Position numbers and translations under genes: made by a program
Part shown: piece by piece, positions 1-13,710 of the stretch
Layout: every line of letters begins with the position of its first letter
Position numbering within the stretch: position 1 is the first letter of the stretch
NCBI GenBank assembly: GCA_051294375.1
Contig: CM119264.1
Span: forward strand, 15,154,682-15,218,681
DNA length: 64,000 nucleotides
Source: Paraspadella gotoi
Lineage: Eukaryota; Animalia; Chaetognatha
Direction of reading: 5' to 3'
The notes under the pieces: generated by a model
What the model was told of the DNA's origin: nothing
Seen by the model: only the letters and a program-made list of their open reading frames with translations
Databases searched by the model: none

Positions 1-1067
1 TTTCCTCGGCATTGACTAATGACTACTGCCTGCATTTATCTGGGCATGCTCTCATACAGCAAATTAGGGTATGACAGTGAAATGTTTTTCTACATCTTTA
101 ACACAATTCTTTTCAGAACCGATATTAATATTGCGCGTCTTTCCCTTTTTTCTGAGAGCTATAATAGCACTTAGTAACATTGTAACAATATTTTTTTGCC
201 TGTAACTTCTACCCCGTGAGCCAAATCCGATGATACGAAAGAAAAATTAATTATACGTAAACTGTACGCCAATAAGAAAAATTTAGACCATTTGAAAGAA
301 AAATCAATGACATTTTTAAAAATTTCAAAACATTGCTCACAAACGCTTTCAAACATTCTAAAAATACAATCCAAACTAGTAACAAAAAACTCGGCATCGT
401 TAAAAAAATTATTATTCATGGAGCAAAAAACCTTGTCCAAAAGGAACTCTAATTTTATTACCATTAAAAATGTTGAATGCTGATAACCACTTTGGTTTCT
501 GCTGGCAAACCTTTTAATAATAAATTACCACAAGAAAAAAAATCAGATTTTACAGGTTGGAACCTCACCTCACCTTCTCAAGCTGATCTTTCGGTAAAAA
601 TTTCGTTAAAAAAATTTTATGCAGCCGATGCTGTGATGCACTGGTCCCTCTATTGAGCTTATACTACCAATTTTTCAAATTGTTTTGCCATAAGCCACTC
701 CAGTTTCTTTAGTTTTTCAAGGGAGGACAAGCTAATTATAGGCAGTAAATACCCAATCTTCGTCTTGCCAATAATCCATTTGGCACAGAAAAGAAGTTTT
801 GGAAATTGCTTATTCAGCCAGCTAGAATTGTTTGAATAAAGGCTAGAGTATCATTCTCCCAGGCACCATAAGGTTTATGGACATAGTAGAGGGCAAAAAA
901 GCCCAAATATATCGGTACCAGGGTCTTAAAATCTTAATACAAAATTGTTTATTGCACTTGATTTTTAACAAATATGATTCGCGACAATTTGGCGATTTTA
1001 GCATCTTCATGAGAAAAAAAGATTTGAAGTTGTTAATGATAATGGATTAAATTAAAATTTATACATG

Positions 1068-2307
1068 AACAAGTTTGAGCAAACAATGTCGGATCTGCCC
1101 ACGATCATTATCGGTAATTAATTAATTAATAATTCAAATTAATTAACTTTAATTAATTATTTAATTAATTAATAATTAATTTAAGTTAATTATTTATTTA
1201 ATTAGACAATTAATTAATGTGATCCGAAATGTTTGTTTTGATTGATTGACTGATTAATTAATTATTGATTAATTAATACATCTTGCATTTACGTTTAAAA
1301 TAAAAATAAAAAAAGCATAATCAAATAGTGAAACTGGTTCTTTGTTTTTTCCATTTAAACTCATTTTCACTTAAACTTGATTTCCAGTTTAATCACATAC
1401 TTTTCTACCCAAATACAAAAATTTCAAGTCAATCCCCCATCCACTCATATGAGTAATAGTGAAATAATAATAATAATAGTGAAATATATTTTTTGGTTTT
1501 TTCCATTTAAACTCATTTCTACTCGGATGATTCCATCGAAACTTCATATCCAGCTCAATCACCCACTTCCCTACCCACACACAAAATTTCATATTAATCC
1601 ATCCGTGCAATCACGAGTAATTGGTGTATTTTGCTAAGTTGGGACGGACGGACAAACAGATGGATGGACATCGTTTTTTTTTGCATAATTTATCATAATT
1701 CGATATTCTGACATGATTTAAGTTAATGCCCGACAAAGTGAATTATAGTGAATTATATCGGGATCTGTGGCGAACGGTTGCTTAACGTTGCCACGTGCGT
1801 CTCTGACTCCAAAAGTTTAGCTAAACAATAAAATGTTTTCCAGAACAAAGTCTTTTATTTGTTCGTTATTAAAAACAGACCTTAATAAAATAATCAAAGC
1901 ATATAGATATTCTATATGCATATCAACAAGGAAAAAGCAATAGCAAGCAATAGCAAGCAATAGCAAGCAATACTAATATTCGTTAAGAATCATTAATAAA
2001 CATTAACAATAATAAAATTAACATATATCAAATCAAATCCTTGTGAGGCAAAAATAAGAGAATAATAAAAGAAGTTTCCATAAATAGAGATTTACAACAA
2101 TACTACTAGTGTTCTCTTGACTATATACAATTATAGTGTTCATTTGTTTTACGTAAAGTAATACTATAGTAAAAAGGTAAATGGAATATCTATGTTTCAA
2201 CATGTCGCAGTGGCGACAATAATAAAGGTAACGATCGTGGCCCAGAGATTGAGGGATCGAGTCCAGTTGATCCTATAGATCTGCTTTTAAGCAGATCCGA
2301 CTAAAAA
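1068..2307 (-). mobile_element. HINE family 1 (non-autonomous Helentron/DINE-1-like), interrupted by a solo LTR
   Basis: Subterminal IR GTCGGATCTGC/GCAGATCCGAC, terminal palindrome, (GTCY)n microsatellite, small hairpin and CTTGTT end on the - strand, poly-T flanks. Confidence 0.7.
1766..2277 (-). mobile_element. Solo LTR (512 bp), Gypsy-like
   Basis: Interrupts the HINE palindrome; 4-bp TSD GATC (1762-1765, 2278-2281); TG start and TA (probably mutated CA) end on +; AATAAA on the - strand. Confidence 0.7.
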
Positions 2308-2330
2308 CGTCAAACAGTTAGTTATCATTT

Positions 2331-3150
2331 AACAAGTTTGAGCAAACAATGTCGGATCTGCCCACGATCATTATCGGTAATTAATTAATTAATAATTAAA
2401 TTATTCAAATTAATAAATTAGGCAATTATGTATTTAATTTGATCCCAAATGTTTATTTTTAGGTCTTTTCGTCACTAACCACGACAATGAGAATAATGCC
2501 GATAACGATTGACTTGATTAATTAATTATTGATTAATTAATTGACTAATTGATTAATTATTTGATTAATTAATACATCTTGCATTTACATTTGATATAAA
2601 AGGAAAAAGAAGCATAATCAATTAGTGAAACAGGTTTTTTTGTTTTTTCTATTTAAACTCCTTCCCATTCAGACGATTCCATCGAAACTTGATTTCCCGC
2701 TTAATCACACACTTTCCTACCCAGTAGTACCTATACACAAATTTTAATTCAAATCCACAATAAAATCCCACATACCAAATTTAAGGTCAATCGCCTCATC
2801 CACTCATGAGCAATTGGTGTTCAAATAGTGAAATATATATATTTTTTTCCCTTTATACTCATTTTCACTCGGACGATTCCATCGAAACTTCATATCCAGC
2901 TCAACCACACACTTCCCTACCCAGTAGTACCCACACACAAAATTTCATTCAAATCCATACATCCAATCACGAGTAATTGGTGTTTTTTGCTAAGGTGGGA
3001 CGAACGGACAGACATTTTTTTTGCATAATTTATCATAATTCGATGTTCTGACATGATATAAGTGTGCCCGACAATATTGAGAGGGCGGACCGACGGACCG
3101 ACAAAGTGAATTATAGAGTCGGGATCTGCTGATAAGCAGATCCGACTAAA
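2331..3150 (-). mobile_element. HINE family 1 full copy
   Basis: Same termini AACAAGTTTGAGCAAACAATGTCGGATCTGC ... GCAGATCCGACTAAAAA. Confidence 0.75.
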
Positions 3151-3351
3151 AAAATCTCAACTCAGTAAAGTACGGCAGTGGTTTCTTTCGTATCATCGGA
3201 TTTGGCTCACGGGGTAAACGATTTGACCTAAATAGAAGAAAGCTACTGAAAAAAAATTGAATATAAATTTGGAAGCATAATTTTTTTTAAATCAAATAAG
3301 AAAGATCAGATATCCTTTTTTTAAAAATGAGATATACTTGTTTCTTAGATA

Positions 3352-5574
3352 CAGGGTAGTGATTCAAAACTTAGAAAATCCGTATCACCTCATCTTTTTT
3401 TCATTTTGTGACGCATTGGGTGCATTTAAGAAAAAAAATTTAATTGAAGATACCTAACCAGACCTTGCAATGCGACAAGCACTGGTGCAAAAACCACTCC
3501 TGCTACAGCACCCAAAAGAATCACAGCTGCTGTTCATTAACGCTTCTGAAAGATTGAGCCACAGCTCCGAAACGGTTTACCCTACGCCATTGATATTTTG
3601 GTTGAAAGTCATATGGGACTCCCCCTTTAAAACGCCTTTCTTAGCACATTTAGGGGAATTAGATGTGGATATTATCAGACCCGAAGATCATTTAGTCAAA
3701 AATTAAAATGTTGCTGCAGCTGAAATCTTTATTTTTTTCAGCTGTATACAACAATGCCCTTTGTTACAGCCTTGCATAATAACCCCAAGAGTATTGGCTC
3801 TTTATACATGTCAAGAAATGGAATCTCAGAACAATATAGTAGACTGCAGAAATGGATTTTTGCCCAGTAGAAAAAATATAAGGAAGTATTTTTCTTTCAT
3901 CTGAAGCAGCAGTAGATTGCATTAAGCTATTATATATTTTATACAGAGAGTCCAAACTACATCAGTTATTGATTTCATAAGCTCACAGAGATGGCACTCA
4001 ACCAGAGAGGCTGATACAGTGTGAACTTAAGAAAAAAAAAAAATTTTACAGCATCTTAGAATTGCTTTTATTTATTAAGGTTAAAATAGGTCTTGTTAAA
4101 CTGCGGCAGTTTAATGGCCATAGGATGGTAAAGATAAGACGCAGAGACAGATCACGCTTAATTTGCTTCCCACCCTACTTATGATCATTTTTACTTCACT
4201 GGTCGCCATATTTGATTCATAATCTTTTAGCTATAGTTGTTGTTTGGTACTCGGAGACCTAAGGTACTGTCTCCTTGAGTGTCAACCGCCCAAAAGAAGG
4301 GCAATAGGGTCAGGAAAAGAAGAAATCTGACAAAAAGGCCAGAAAAATGCTTACAAAAAATTGTAGTAGCGTTATGTTAAAAGCCTTGGTTACCTTACGA
4401 ATATACATAATGAGCTTTAACAATAGATATTCATTATCTACAAAAAAAGAGCAATATTTCAGACCCATTATTAAATAATTTTTTATAGTACAAAAAATGC
4501 AAATGAATTATGATACTAGAATTACAAAAGAATTTTTTCTTTTTATCTATATTTGAACTTGTTCATTGTAATAGACCATCATCATCAACAGCAAAGATTT
4601 TCAAAAAGATTTTTTAAAAGAGCAATCTTTTGCCAATATGCATGATAAATTTGGCTGCTTAATATGCAAGAATAATATGCTTAATTAATTTTTAATTATT
4701 AAAGAAGATAGAATAATTCAATTTTCAAAAAAAATATTTTTGTGTTCAGAATTTTAGATCTAGACTCAATTTATCCTATTTGTATTATACCTAAATTTCA
4801 AAATAAAAACTAAAGAAAAATTTTTTATCATCTAGAGACATATCACTTTCAGTTGTACCCATCGTCTTAATCATTTATGGCTTATGGTTTAAGAATTCAG
4901 AGAAACAAAGTATCTCGTCCAAATTTCAACTTTTACACTGTATTTTACTGTATCATTCAAGCCGAATCATATTTTGCATGTATTTTTCCAGCATAACTAT
5001 CAGGAAGGGATGGCTTATTAGTACAAATGGTCAGGCAAAGTAAATTCAATGACCGATAATTATTTTTTCGTGCACATGAAATTAAGCGTGATCTGTCTCT
5101 GCGTCATAAGATGTCCTAGTAAATATTTCTAAATGGAGTTCTTCATTTGCTCTCTTGAGAATTTTCCTATTAGCATAGAAATGAGCTACTAGCGTGCATA
5201 TTGTTGGTTTTGAGTATGCTGCAATTGCTACCTTCAGCATCCTTATAAATGGCCCTATTCGACTCGGGCTTGAGCGCACGATTTCCCGACTTAGAATATT
5301 ATTATTATTATTATTCCTATTCTTAATAGCCTTCTTAATAATATAACATACTGCTAGGGAACATTAACATATTTAGTAGTGGTTTTAAGCTCTAAACCGG
5401 CGCAGAGCAAATTCGACCAATGTTGCATTCTTTTTAGTAGCATAGCGTATTGTAAGAGCATGATAAAAATAAAACCTATATCAGAAACAGAAAACATCAG
5501 TGATTATTTTAGTGTATTATAAAAAAATAAAATCTGATGGTAAATACTATTCTAAGTTTTGATTCACTACTCTG
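3352..5574. mobile_element. Tc1/mariner-like non-autonomous element (TIR CAGGGTAGTGATTCAAAACTTAG)
   Basis: TIR pair; homologous inverted copies at 54186-55887 and 58104-59770 with TA flanks. Confidence 0.75.
4138..5105. mobile_element. Nested TIR element (Kolobok-like termini)
   Basis: TIR GACGCAGAGACAGATCACGCTTAATTT, ATAA duplicated on both sides; empty site visible in the host copy near 55110; right end repeated at ~44680-45010. Confidence 0.65.
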
Positions 5575-7825
5575 AAGTATACTATAAAAAAACTTATGTT
5601 AGACGAGAATCTCGCTTAAGAAAAAGGGTCATTCAATTCAACTTCAAAATAGGCCAAAATGGAGTACAAATTCAGAAGGCTGAGCTCCTGCCGATTCCGA
5701 AAATGTATTCACTTTAAACATTTGATGCATTCTACGCCATTTTATATCGGTTTTAATTATAATATAAAATAAAAGAAACCTATCTGAAGAGTTGCAGGTC
5801 AAACGAAAAAGCCAATCCATCTGATATTTTTTATGAATTTTTTATTAGTGAATTCGAAAAATGTAATAGAGAGACATTTTTAAATTTCAATTTGTATCAT
5901 TGAAAATGAAACATTTTTAAACTTGAACCCTGAATTCTTCATAACTGGAACGCGTTTATCAAAATGTCTCTCTATTACATTTTTACAAATGTTTTTAAGA
6001 TTGCTAATCAAATTTTTAATTCAATATTATTGCAGTCGTTTAGGCTGCAACTCTTCAAATTCAGTATAGATTCACTGTAGCTCAAATTTCTTTACCATCT
6101 ATTTAACTGAAGATTTTGTTCATGACTGGAAAACCAACAGAGTAACAAGAGTAACCCTTCTAAATTATCCCTTACCGTGTTTTAACTTCTTACCTAGAAT
6201 TTTTTAATAATCAGATTGAAAAACTAATCTTTAAAAAATGTGCTTACCCATTTAACTTAACAATTTTGTTATTTACCGATTTAAAAAAATGATTGAAAAC
6301 AGAATGTTTACATATAAATAAAAACTTCTTTTTTTTTTGTGATTACTGATGACTATAATGTATTTCTCGAAGTATTAGCTCTTATACATCAAAGATTATG
6401 CATTGTTATGCTGAATGACCTTTCCTCTTAAAAAAAAATTCAACATTTTTCTAGCTAGCCAAATTCGTCTATGGCATTTGATAAAGGATTTAATATCAAC
6501 AAGCCAGGGGAAATGCACTAGTCATCTCCGGAGAATTTCAAACCTTGTTTTTACTATAGAAATGAAAGGGAAATTTTGCTTTTCAAAAATTGTAAATGGG
6601 GCTAGGGTATGTTAACATTATAAATATTACTCTCGAATTTTGAGATTTGAAAGCCTCTTGTCTCAAGAGCTTGCCAAATTTTTCTTTTCATTATTGACCA
6701 AACTCTTCATAGTAAACCAACGTTGTAAAGTCCATTGTCTGGTTTGACAACATGAAATTTTTATTTAATAAGAAATTAAAAGGAAGGTTGAAGAGAAAAA
6801 CTGATTTTTCCTGATATCTCTTGAAGGAACAAAGATACAGGGATGGCAATAGTACCAAAATGAAGCCATAATCATTGGGCACATACAAGTTACAATATTA
6901 GAATTATTTTTCTGAAACTCTTTACAGGGTGAGTGTCAAACTAAGTCAAAATTATAATGAATTTTAAAACTAATGAAACCCATAAAAATAAATGAAATTA
7001 AATTCTTTTTAGTGATTCTGAAAGAAAAAAGGCTAAATTGTACTCTAGTAAAACTTTAAAGTTTTTTGGATAAAGAAAATATAATTTTTTTTCACTTAAA
7101 TATTTGCTTGACTGATATTACAAGCATGCTTACAAAATTCTAACAAATATTATTCACCCCATCACAGCCTAACTATTTATCTTTCTTTTCCACCAGCAAA
7201 AAGTAAACATTATTTTATGTTAGAGAACAGGGATGTTTACTGAAATGAGCTGGAAGACGTTCAACTACTTCACTTTAATGTCATTTTTCAATAATAAAAT
7301 AGGCGAATCTTTTAATTATTTAACTCTCACAGGCTTCACAAGACATTTTACTTTCATAATATCCCAATGTTAATGTAATTCATTATATTTTTTTACCCAG
7401 AAATCATAAAATAACAGAAAGTTATGGATTCCCTTCGCTCGTTTAAGAAAAAAAAATTAACTAGTGGAATTATAAGTTTGTAAGAGGAAGTCAGAATCGG
7501 CGAAAATCTTAAAAGGCGAGAATGTTGAAAAAAAGGGGTGGAATTTTGATGGGTTTCCTAAGATTTCTCCACAATGTGAGGTCCGATTAAAGCGAAACTT
7601 GTGATTTACAATATTCCCGTCATTCACAATCTATCGATATAAAAATATAAGAAAAAAGTCACTGGCTTCTTTTTCTATAGCAGCTTCCTACTTATGTACT
7701 TATATCTAGCAAGAAATTTGTACAAGCAATTTAAAAATTATCTATTTAATAAATAAGTAACTATCTTGCCCCAAAGTTTGGACAGACTATGGTGGGCTAT
7801 TATTTCTACTGTCTTCAGGAGCTAA

Positions 7826-7984
7826 CCAATTAAACATGTCAAGCCAAAACGCGCAACCCGCCGCGTTGATGGAGGCGTCTGGACCCACGAGGCGCTGAAA
7901 CTCTCCGATGAGATCATCGCCGTCGCTCGTATTCAGGCAGTGAAACTGCGTCAAAATCCCATCCATATCTTCGTCGACTTCCAT
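7826..7984 (-). CDS. ILRUN: ILRUN/C6orf106 homolog, first coding exon (UBA-like N-terminus); remaining exons not found in window
   Basis: QFHCLNTSDGDDLIGEFQRLVG..NAAGCAFWLDMFNW matches ILRUN KFSCLGTTDKDVLISEFQRLLG..NPAGCAFFLDMTNW; GT donor inside the W codon. Confidence 0.85.
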
Positions 7985-8254
7985 GGCGCATTTACTGATT
8001 TAAGCCCCCTTCAGTTGTTCAACTTTGTCTCAAAAATGCTCATCCCAGAAAAGTTCACCTTATTCCAGGGCACAAATAAAAGACGACGCTTTCTTTTGAG
8101 CATCGTTTAAAATGAAATCTAGAATATTTGGAAATGAAAAATACTCCATGACTAGGGAAGGTAAAATGAAATGTATATGAATGCGAGACAATATTAAATT
8201 ACAGGGAGAAAAAATATGATGAAAACTAACTAATGGGAAAACGATCTGAAAATG

Positions 8255-11200
8255 TCAAAGATCAAAAGCTGGTCTGGCTTTGGGAACGAGTCTCTCGATG
8301 GCGGCGTTGACGTCGCCGGCTGTTGATTCGAGGGTATCGATAACAGCCTCTCGATTGTGAAAACCCAACGCTGCCAGTTGCTTCGCCTGGGGAGCGTACT
8401 TCGTTTCCGGGGGCTGCGAATGAGTTGTCGAACCTGTCGATGTGTTAAAGAAGTCGAAAAATTGAAGAGAACCATTCCTTCGAAAACTGAAAGCTGTAGG
8501 TTACTTTCTTCGAAACAGACCAGGAACTCCAGCGGCGATAAGGTTGGTCATTTGGTTGAGCAACAACGGGAGCTCCTCCTTCGGGTCACGCGCCTTGGGT
8601 GCCGTCTTCTCGAGTGATTCTTCCCTCCCCTCTTTCGTCAGATTCGCAGGCGAATCAGGCTCTTCCGCCTCCTCAGTTTTTTCTCTCTTTGGGGCGTAGG
8701 GAATTGCCAAGTCATCCACCAAGGACGGGACTTCAGTCTGTAACGCCGCCAAACCGCGTTGGATCTAAACGGGAAAAAATTTTATCTTCGTTATACGTTC
8801 TGCGCTTTCTTCCTTTTCTCTTCAACCCTACCGCCATGCCTGCATTAAAGCCTGAAGCGCTTTCGGATTAGTCATGAGCCCTTGTACTGCTGGGTCCTGC
8901 ATCTGCGAAGTGAGATGGGGGATTAAGTCGGGGATCTTCGCCTTCAGCTCTTCGTTGCCTTCGAGCGCGGGATTTTGTGAGGCCACGAATTCTGCCATTT
9001 CCGGGTTCGCGGCCAGTGCCGACATCATCGTCTGCACGTAGGGCGCCGAAAACAAGTTTTGCATTACTTGAGGCGCCTCCATCATTTGGAGCAAAAGACT
9101 GCGAGTGGGCGCTGTATTAAACATGTGGCTGACAGGCGGCGGAAGGCGGCGGCCTCGCGGACCCCAGGGCCCGCGTAGAAAAGGTCCCAAGCCTCCGGGA
9201 CCGCCGAGAGAGCGAAATGAACCGACGCCTAACTCTTCCGCGGTTCCCATGAAAATGATGTCATCGTCTTCCTCAGGAAGGCGAACTCCGAGGCTGGGGC
9301 CGATGTCTTCTGAACTGGTGAGCGCGATGCGGTCTTCGTTTCGGACTAATTCCTAAAGAAATATGTTATTAAGAGAGATAGAAATGAAAAAAAGAATTAA
9401 GTGGCAGAGTAGTAGATAGGACGTGCTAGGTTACGATGAACAAAACAAAGGGGTTAATTGATTTTTGAACTGACTTGAAGCATGGCAGGGTTGTGAGCCA
9501 AGTTGGCGATAGTGGACATGAGCTCTTTGTTTCGCATCATTTGCGTTATTTCAGGATTAACTTCTATTAATTCTTTCATCGCCGGATTTGCTAACATAAG
9601 TTGGTGCATTTGTTCCGGTTCATTCATCAAGTGTCGAACTGTGGAGAAAAAATCTTAAAAGTATAGTGATCTCCCCAGACGTTACTATCAAGGAAAATTA
9701 ATAAAAAAATCCGGAAAAAAAAAGAATGATTGAAGTGATAACAAATTATTGATGTGATAATATTTAATTATTGAAGCGATGATAACAAATTATTTATTTG
9801 ATAAACAATTAGTAATACCATCATAACTAATTATTGATATGATAATTAATTATTAATACGATAATAACCAATTATTAATGTAATAATTAAGTATTGATTT
9901 GATGATAACCAATTATTTATGCGATGATACCAAATTAATAATGTGATGATAGCGAATCATGGGTAGGAAAATGGTTATAAAATATGAATTAATAAAACTA
10001 AATAAAATTAATTGAATAAAATTAATTGAATGAATGAATTCAACTAATATTTAATTAAAATAAATAAAAAAATATAAGGTTTGCAATGGTAAAATGATAA
10101 CATGCGCAAATGCGATGATTAGCATGACAAGTTTGGTCCTGATAATTTTTGAAAGAAATAAAATCAGAGAGAAAGAGAGAGAAGTCCAGCCGCTTTAAAA
10201 CTTAACTCGTTTTAAAACGAAAAAAAAAAAAAAAAAAAGAGAAATCCAGCCGCTACAGAGAAAAACTCAGTGACGATGATAACGACAACAACGGCAAAAA
10301 GAAGTAATAGTAAACGATTATCTTGCCTAAGACGGGCTTAAGCCCGTCTGGCAAGATAAAAAATCTTAATAGTATAGTGATCTCGCCAGACGTTACTATT
10401 AAAGAAAATTAATGAAAAAAAAACCCCAAAAAAATGAATGATTAATGCGATAACAAATTATTGATTTAATAATAACTGATTGATAGAGGTAATAATAATT
10501 GATTGATTGATGTAATAATAATTGATTGATGTAATAATAATTGATTGATTGATATAATAATATTGATTGATGTAATAATATTGATTGATTGATGTAATAG
10601 TAATTGATTGATTAATGTAATAGTAATTGATTGATTAATGTAATAGTAATTGATTGATTAATGTAATAGTAATTGATTGATTAATGTAATTGATTGATTG
10701 ATATAATAATAATTGATTGATATAATAGTAATTGACTGATATAATAATCATTGATTATTGATGGGATGATAACAAAATATTGATGCGATGATAATCAAAG
10801 GATTGATGCGATGATAACAAAGGATTGATGCGATGATAACCAAATGATGGATGTGATGATAGTCATTCATTGACGCGATGATAGTCATTCATTGACGCGA
10901 TAACAGTCATTCATCGTAAATTAAACAAACAAATGCGTGTATTTGTGTGCGTGTGAGAGAGAGAGAGAGAGCCAGAACGACTACACTATAAGAGCTTAGT
11001 AGTAAGGCGTAGTAAAATTTCTCAATTTAACTTTAATTAAAATTCTAAAAGTGAGGAACGAACAACATTATATTAATAAACATTTATGTAATAAAAAAAT
11101 TTTTAATAAATTTTACAATTTACGCAGTAGGCCATATTTATACTAGTACTAAACCAATAAATGTTAAAATTTAATTTTTTAAGATTTTTTTGCAGATTTG

Positions 11201-12657
11201 GATTTGTCATAAAAAGTTGATAAAAAAAAAATATAACTCTTTTTGAAAAATTCCTTCATTAAGTCGGTCAAAAATTAGAAAAAGCTATATTTTAAGCTGA
11301 AAATTAATTTTTTATATATAAAACATAGTTTTTTCAATTTTTAACCCACTTAAAAGAAAATATAAATCATTTTTAAAAATTCTTTCATTATCAACTTTTG
11401 ACGAGGAATTCAAATATGCAATCAAAATTAAGAAAAGCCTGTTTTGAAATTTTTCGATTTTATAAGGATAGTACTATATATAAATATAGCTTACTGCAAA
11501 AATTAAAAAACATAAAATTAATTTTTTTTACAAATTAATGTTCGCTGATGGTATGTTGTTCATAATTGACTTTTAAAATTTTTGTATGTAACTTTCACTA
11601 CTATCACAGGACCTCGCTATCGAGCCAGAACCACTAGTCGGGCTTTCGCCCGTATGGCGAGATAAAAAGGGTATGTACGAGCGCTGTAGTGCCATTAAAA
11701 ATATACATCGGATACGAAGAAATATTTAAAAGACATAACCTCCACTATAATTTAAATTAACGATGCAATAGTATCCGATATCGACGAGAAAAAATGAGAA
11801 AATCTTACCTAAAGGATTTTCCACGATGATTCTTAGAGATTCAGGATTAGACAGCAATTCCCTTTGGAGCCTTTGCTGCATTTCCATGAAGTTAACGCCT
11901 CCCATACCGACGGAGGCCACACCTGCGAGCCCTCCCATGGTTCCGAGACCGAAGGGAGTCGCTGTGATGTCCGATTTTTGTGGCGCCGGCGCCAAAAATC
12001 CCTTCGATGCGGCAACGAGGTCCGCAGTCACTTCTGCTTGATTTTTATTAACTTGCTTAATGACCATTCGGCAGGTGGAACCATGCCGAAGCCCATAGTC
12101 AGATAAAGGCTTTGTATCTTCAAGAATCTATGATTGAAAAAATAATTGTGTAGCCATTTAATTTTAGATACGAGTTTATATAGCGAAACTCACTCTGCCG
12201 CCATAAATCAAACAGAGCGTGTCGTCCCCCGTGCACCAGTGGGCGGCAATTTTTTTACGAAAATCCTTGACAGAATCCTCAAGACGAACTTCGATGAGTT
12301 TTCTCTCTTTCATAGTCTTGACGTAGATCCCGACAAACCCTTCAGCCATTGGCCGTTCGTGAGGCGGCGGCGTACGCGCCGGCGGCGGAGCCGGTTGTGG
12401 CAGCTGTTGATGCTCGGAATGTTGTCGAGAGTGATGGTGTATTTGGTGTTGATGAGAGGGTGATTGCTGTATTTGATGAGTATTTTGAAGGTGATCGACT
12501 TGATTCTGAATATGTAATAATATAACATGAAAATGTATAAAACTAAAATATTGAAATTGCTCTTGACAACCTGGTGGAGATGCCCTTGATGCAGACCATG
12601 ATGCTGGGGCAAATGATGGCGTCCTAACTGGTGATGATGCTGCTGATGAGGATCCAT
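8255..12657 (-). CDS. UBQLN: Ubiquilin (UBL-STI1-UBA), 7 exons approx. 12657-12571, 12505-12194, 12127-11809, 9638-9476, 9352-~8832, ~8764-8504, 8433-8255
   Basis: UBL (VKTMKERK..LCLIYGGR|ILEDTKPLSDYGL), STI1 (FMEMQQRLQRELLSNPE, ANPAMKELIEVNPEI), UBA (QAKQLAALGFHNREAVIDTLESTAGDVNAAIERL); GT-AG introns; one frameshift near 12230-12258. Confidence 0.92.
9650..11668 (-). mobile_element. Two tandem HINE family 2 copies filling a ubiquilin intron (9650-10362, 10363-11668)
   Basis: Shared end AAATCTTAA(A/T)AGTATAGTGATCTC(G/C)CCAGACGTTACTAT, subterminal IR CGTCTGGCAAGAT, palindrome GACGGGCTTAAGCCCGTC, internal ATTGAT minisatellites. Confidence 0.65.
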
Positions 12658-13008
12658 CTTGTGAAAAATTCTGAATCTGACTTCAATTTAAAAATCTATT
12701 AAAGATAAAAGTCAGCTTTATTAAGATTTAGGGATGACAGAGCTGCATGTGTTCAAAGTAAACAGCAACAAGAACCAGTGGCTGCGCCAATACATGCAAA
12801 TCACATAAGAGAGCTTAATCTGAACAGTTACTGCGGCACTAATATCATTTTGGTACTTAAAAAAAATATTTTATAAATCAAAACAATATTATTTTTGTTT
12901 TGATATTTGATATATGATTAAAGTTATAGAAGTTATAGAACAATAAATAGAATAAAATAAAATATAATAACAAAAAAATTTTGAAAAGATTTAAGATAAT
13001 AAAAATGT

Positions 13009-13710
13009 AAACAAGTTTGAGCAAACAATGTCGGATCTGCCCACGATCATTGTCGGTAATTAATTAATTAATTTGATTAATTTTATATCCGAAATGTTTG
13101 TTTTAATTAATTGACTGAATAATTATTGATTAATTGACTAATTGATTAAGTAACTGATTAATTATTTGATTAATTAATACATCTTGCATTTACATAGAAT
13201 ATAAAAAGAAAAAGAAGCATAATCAATTAGTGAAACAGGTTTTTTATTTTTTTCTATTTAAACTCATTTCCACTGAAACGATTCCATCGAAACTTGATTT
13301 CCAGCTTAATTACACACTTTCCTACCCACATATAAAATTTTAGGTTAATCGCCCTATCCACTTATATGAGTAATTGGTGTTCAAATAGTGAAATTAATTT
13401 TTTTGTTTTTTCCATTTAAACTCTTTTCCACTCGGACGATTCCATCGAAACTTCATATCCAGCTCAATCACTCAACTTCCCTACCCACACACAAAATTTC
13501 ATTCCAATCCATAAATCCAATCACGAATAATTGGAGTTTTTTGCTAAGGTAGGATGGATGGACAGACAGACGTACATCGTTTTTTTGCATAATTTATCAT
13601 AATTCGATGTTCTGATATGATTTAAGTTAATGCCCGACTAGATTGGGGGGGCGGACCGACAAAGTGAATTATAGAGTCGGGATTTGCTGATAAGCAGATC
13701 CGACTAAAAA
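13009..13710 (-). mobile_element. HINE family 1 full copy
   Basis: Both diagnostic termini present. Confidence 0.75.

Larger units (their letters stand above)
212..3214. mobile_element. Non-autonomous TIR DNA transposon (Tc1/mariner-like) carrying nested HINEs and a solo LTR
   Basis: ~33-bp perfect TIR CCCCGTGAGCCAAATCCGATGATACGAAAGAAA at 212 and its inverse ending at 3214, flanked by TA on both sides. Confidence 0.75.

Noticed and set aside
5180-5245. MLKVAIAAYSKP as ILRUN exon 2 (NLQAAIGAYY-like)
   Set aside because: Lies inside a multicopy Tc1-like MITE (homolog near 54980) and has no downstream ILRUN similarity
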